Shown: positions 58,736 through 64,000 of the stretch, piece by piece
How positions within the stretch are numbered: position 1 is the first letter of the stretch
Layout of the letters: each line of letters begins with the position of its first letter
Assembly: GCA_964247055.1 (NCBI GenBank)
Contig: OZ176056.1
Span: forward strand, 4,402,001 to 4,466,000
Source: Paragordius varius
Taxonomy: Eukaryota > Animalia > Nematomorpha
Direction of reading: 5' to 3'
DNA: 64,000 nt
Position numbers and translations under genes: made by a program
The notes under the pieces: model-generated
Told to the model about the DNA's origin: nothing
The model's input: the letters and a program-made list of their open reading frames with translations, nothing else
Databases searched by the model: none

Positions 58736-61700
58736 CCTGTTCTGAGATCGGGTCTATAAAATAACATTATTATGATTAATATCAATTGATTATCATCTTG
58801 TTTTATTGAAAATTTATATATAAAAATGCATTATAATAAATGATCCATCTTTTTATATATGGTTTCAAAAAAAAAGTTAAAAAGCAATCCCCCAATTATA
58901 TCTATAATATATTATAGTTACTCTGTAACACAGAATGGGTCTCTACACATATTTGGAAGGATTGTTGTTAAAAACTTTTAATAAATTATAAAAGAGGATT
59001 TTAATATGCCGTTAGAAAAACCTGCTGCAAGTTGTTCCATAGCTAAAATATTATAAGAAAAAAAAACATTTTAATTTTACTTAAGAAATCTGCTTCCAGG
59101 GCTAAGAATATAGCATATTTAAGCGACATAGATATTACTGTCTAATAATCCTCTAACTCCTATACAAAGGACATAAATTACTCATATTACTTTCGATATT
59201 ATTCCGTAATCCTGCATATGAGATAAATTAAATTAGATTTAATAAGGTTTTATTTTTAAAATGGAAACATTATAAACGTACTTATAGTAAAGAGGGAAAT
59301 TAATATTTAGTAAAAAAAAAGTTTTTATATTCAAACCCTTTTGTGCGTTTATTTTTGAGCAATAAACCTATGACATAATAAGCTTAAGTATATATAAATA
59401 TATTTTAATACCGCGTAAACTGATTATAACCCACAAAATTTTTGATAACTGACATTTTCAGCGATTATGATATAAAACACTGCACACACGAAATACAAAA
59501 CAAAAATGTTTTGATGAAGTATTTATATTCTGATATAAACATGTATCAGGAATCACATGGTACTTTTGGTTTAGGTTTGCGATTTGTTCAAAAAAGTTTT
59601 TCCTTCGTGTTGTAATTCCATAAAATCGCAAAATATGCGCTGATATATTAAAATGTTTGGTAAAAGCTAAATGCCTCATTCCAAAAATATCATTTTCATA
59701 TGTGTGAAAAGTACCACAATACTTATTTTAAATTTAAATTTTTGTATATGAGCACCTAAAACATGTAATTTTTGGCACCCTATAAAATAGTGTAGTTCTC
59801 TTATAAAGCCGATATTACGCGCTAAAAAATTAAATATATACTCTTTTACAACCTCAAAAATTACTGTTAAAAAATTCATATGCTTAAAATATGGAAATTT
59901 TTTGTATATTTTATGGTATGGTAAAAATGCATAAGGATTCATAATAGAGAAACATTTTTTATACTAAATAATTTCTCTAACCTTATCGATTAACATTGTT
60001 GTATAAATATGCTAGGTTATCTGTGCCCAAACTTTTTAAAAATTTGGAGGTATAAGCATCATTATTTAGAAAATGTATGATGTCCAGGTGATTTTGACAA
60101 CCCATTACACCAAGTTTTGCATTACTAAAACTCTTGAGCAAATTGCAAAAAAGTGACTTTTTAAGCATAATATGTTCAAATATTACTATTTTTATCTCAT
60201 AATCTATCATATGTTAAAAATAGCTAGGTTGCATCTCGGTATTTTTGCGTTTTTTATACAAAAACTACCCTGTTATATAGAGGGCCTAAAATTGGGACTT
60301 TAGGAGTTGTCTTTAATATCAATATTGTTACCTTTATTATTGTTTATGAGATATTTAAATTATATTATTTGTATGATTAGCTTTCGCCAAAAAAATTGTA
60401 TAATAGTAAAATGTCCGCAATGTTTGCCATTTTTTGATATGGAGGAGTTACTGCAACAAAAATTATAAGAACTTCTTTGACTCATTCAACACCATTAGAA
60501 CGATTCATTTTATAACAATATTTTTGAGTCATCGGGAGATTTTTTATACCGCAATATTTAATTTATAAATATATAATTATACTTTGAAAGTAATCTACAA
60601 AAAAGTATAATATAAATAGTGAAAAAATTATAAAATAAAGTGGATATTTTATCTAAAATCCAAATACATTTTTTGGTTAGCAAATAAAAATTTTTGTTTA
60701 ATATCTTTTTATAGAGGTATCCATATTACTGTAAGACTATTAAATATTTATTTAACATATGATCCTATGGTATTGCATATGCAATTATTATTTTTCCCAA
60801 AAATAATAAAAAAATATTTTGTAATAGATAACATTGTATCGCGGTTCAAAAACGTTTCTTTAATTTTTCCACTTTCTTAATATGAAATTTCTATAAATCT
60901 CCATTTTTTGTAAAAATATAATCCAAAATAAATTTTAGAAAACCTGAGTTTACTATTAAAATCGAAGGACCAAATTATATAAATCCGTTTATGGAAATGT
61001 TTAAAATTTAAATATTTGTTAGTAAAATGTTATTATTATATAATTATATAGATAATTTTTTGATTTTTTGCAAAAAAATACTTATACAAAATACTTGTTT
61101 CACGGATTACCATAAAGCCATCCGAAACACTCGCTTCATATAGAAATTTAAATTTAAAATATTTTTTTATCAATTTTCAAATATTAAGTAGTATAACGTC
61201 CATTTTGTTTGAGGTAAAACTTACTGTAAAAACCTAAATTTAATAAAGATAGATCACAATAAATCAAATTTAAATATATATTTATATTATCATCAAAATA
61301 TACTTACTTCTCTGTAGTCTACTTGCCGCTAAAGGTAAATTATATAATATTTTGAGTTAATATTTAAGGGGTCTAGAGAATGATATAATATGTTTATCAA
61401 TGCAATTATATGTTCACATGTCCTTAATATACCATTAACAATTCAACCCCCTTGAACAATTTAAAACCACCCTAAAATAATTAAGTGTTTTTTCGGGCTA
61501 ATATAACTCATTATTCCTTGTGGCATAGTTTATTATTTTTTTAGTATATAAAATAAAATTTTATTTTTCAAAAATATATAAAATTATGTGTTTTTTAATT
61601 TAAAAAACACATAATTTACATTAGGGTGAATTTAGATTGTTCGAGGGTGAATTTGAATGTTGGGTTGAATTTGAAATGTAAATGGTATATTAGGTTTATT

Positions 61701-62646
61701 AATAAATGTTTTTTTGCACGTCTAACATAGATATAGTTTATTTTAGAGTTCGTCATATATCGCATTATAAGTGAAAATGTATGTTAAATTTTTGATCATA
61801 TTGATTATAATATAAAAAATTACATTCCGAAATGACTGAGGAAACTGATTGAATAAAACATAAAATTATTTTATACATAAATTCAGCACTATAAAAGAAT
61901 ATCCAATAATAATTTATTAAGTAAAAGTATATAAAATTACAGTCATTTTATTGAAATCAAAAAAAGAGATATACATTCTTCCAAATATCCAGCGTCTAGA
62001 ATTGCACAATAATATAATTTTAAATTATAATTTTTTTGAAGATCCGATCCGTATGAAATAATAATAATAAAATACCGATTCTCAGGACATCGAGAGCTGT
62101 TGTTTGAACAATATAGAGATGAAAGATAGCACAATTGAGAAAATTATGCATTTTAAAATAATGTAATTTATTTAAAACTTAGGCATGAATTCTATATTAT
62201 TAAATTAAATTAAATACGATTTTTAATTTTCGAATTTTATTTAATGCGCAGCATTCAGGTTTAATGTTGAAGTTACAGATATAAATATTTTTAACATAAT
62301 TGGGGAATATGAGATTGGTTACTTGACAGCTAAAAGAGAGAAGCTAAGTCTTACTGCTTATGAATTTGAATTTCACAATGGGAAAAAATTTTGAATCAAC
62401 TAAAAAAAGCGATGAAATTAACCAATAAAATTTGTTTTATTAGCAGTTTTAAAAATATTTTTAGCACATCAAATTTATTTTTTTAAATCTGGGTGACTGG
62501 TTGTTTTATTCACGGGTGAATTTTAAAAACCAACTATAGTCGTAAGATTAAAAAAAATAAAAGAATGATACATGTAATCATAGCTTCGGAAGCTAAATTG
62601 ACAACAGAATTAATTACTTTAGGGTTACCTAATTGTTCACTGCGTG

Positions 62647-62681
<35 letters not shown>

Positions 62682-63213
62682 AAATATTTTTTATAAAAAG
62701 GAGGATATAAAATCAATTTTTACCTGCCAGAAAAAGGAAAATTTTCAATATTTTTTTATTTTCAATGGTTATTTTGAGCATATTCTTTTGGTTTTGTAAA
62801 AATTTTATGCCAAAATTTTGAACACTATCATATTTTTTATTATATTAAACTTATTTATTTAAGGAATTTGGTAAACAAGAAGGAAAGGGCGGGTGATAAC
62901 GCATTATTACAAAAAATTGGTTCAATGAGATATAAATTTAATAATTTATCTTTTCGTAGATAAATTATTGAAATATATAACCTAAAATTAATTAACAAAA
63001 GAATCACTTAATACTTTGCTCGTTTTCATGTTGTACGGACATATCATCATTTGTGGTTTCGCCTATTCATTTTGATTTAATTTAAAATAAATTGAAAATA
63101 TATGTTACAAGTTAAGTTAACAAATACGGAAATTGATTTACCATCGCTTTCGCCATCCTGAGCGGGTCTATTTTCTTGGGGATCTTGTTCATTGACAGGT
63201 TCATTCTCTTCAA
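58736..63213 (-). CDS. Unknown micro-exon gene C (partial), same architecture as genes A and B
   Basis: Minus-strand AG|exon|GT symmetric phase-1 exons: 63142-63213 (EENEPVNEQDPQENRPAQDGESD), 63015-63062, 62572-62646, 62076-62096, 61975-61995, 61824-61844, 61308-61328, 59368-59382, 59191-59211, 59139-59159, 59081-59101, 59022-59042, 58922-58942, 58736-58753. Nine are exactly 21 nt, five of them consecutive; no stops on joining. Start and stop were not located. Confidence 0.7.
61428..61689. mobile_element. MITE family R2 copy in an intron of gene C
   Basis: tataccattaac...gtaaatggtata termini and shared core. Confidence 0.75.
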
Positions 63214-64000
63214 CTTACAGTAAAAATAAAAATTTTTATAGACAAAATATTAAAAGAGGAATATTTATTTATAAAATGATAACCATGTTTTTTTAAAAAA
63301 GCCTTGATTTTTATAAATATAAGCTATCTGCTGTTGCCAAACAAGGAATATATATATACTGTGAAAAAGAGGGTTGATTTTTTAACAAAAATTTTCTTCA
63401 TGAGATAGCTTATGACCAGCGAATTAATTTGCGGCAATAATTTTAGATTGTTGACGACCTAGTTTTGAAATATTAAAATCGAAATCGGGCAAAAAGTGAA
63501 AATTAAGGATAAATACTTCAAAAACAATGATAAAAGTTGAGATATTATTGTTCAATTTCATTATAGGAGATATTTTCAATATATAAATAGCCTAAAATCA
63601 TATGGATAGGTCTATAAAATCTCAGCTTAAAAGATGGCATTTTTCTTTTAACATACTTAAAGACAAAATTTTTTTATGAAACTATATTAAAATATTTTTT
63701 TTATTTATTTATTAGCTAAACTCACTATTAAAATCTTAAATATTATTATTAGTAAAAAAAACTTCTATATAAAATTAAAACCAAAAAATATTGTTTTTTA
63801 TTTAACTTTTTTCATCTGGTTTATGAGTGTATAAAAGATTTATACTGTTTTATTTTGGAATCTTACATGAGTGGGTATTAGAAACTTTATAATTTATGTA
63901 AAATAGGTTTAAAAGTAGTGGAATCAAAAAATACTTACTAATCCGTGTAAAAAGTTTGTTTTAATACAAATAAATATTTTGCTGGGATATGTACGGATTT

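Overview
Very AT-rich (roughly a quarter GC or less, by eye), intron-rich eukaryotic DNA, most likely from an invertebrate animal; the species cannot be determined from this window. Most ORF-track entries are spurious because the real genes are split into small exons, which I reconstructed by hand from AG/GT boundaries. Two conserved genes are divergently transcribed: a 10-exon S10 serine carboxypeptidase (cathepsin A-like, minus strand, 31.6-38.7 kb) and an 11-exon SPF45/RBM17 splicing factor (plus strand, 43.0-51.9 kb). The most striking content is a family of unknown genes built almost entirely from symmetric phase-1 micro-exons: two tandem paralogues on the plus strand (<0.1-18.4 kb and ~19.7-31.4 kb) and a probable third member on the minus strand (58.7->63.2 kb). 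Each has a run of 21-nt, one-heptad-per-exon exons near its 3' end. Several introns appear to be only 22-29 nt, including two in SPF45 itself, and an SPF45 intron holds a 2.7-kb satellite that repeats the downstream exon's 3' splice junction. The transposon load is heavy: a fold-back Gypsy remnant with inverted LTRs, a Blackjack-type hAT with convergent transposase copies, a TSD-flanked hAT, a non-autonomous Helitron, an RTE fragment and several MITE families. Exon models are predictions without transcript data; exons matched between paralogues are well supported, singletons less so.
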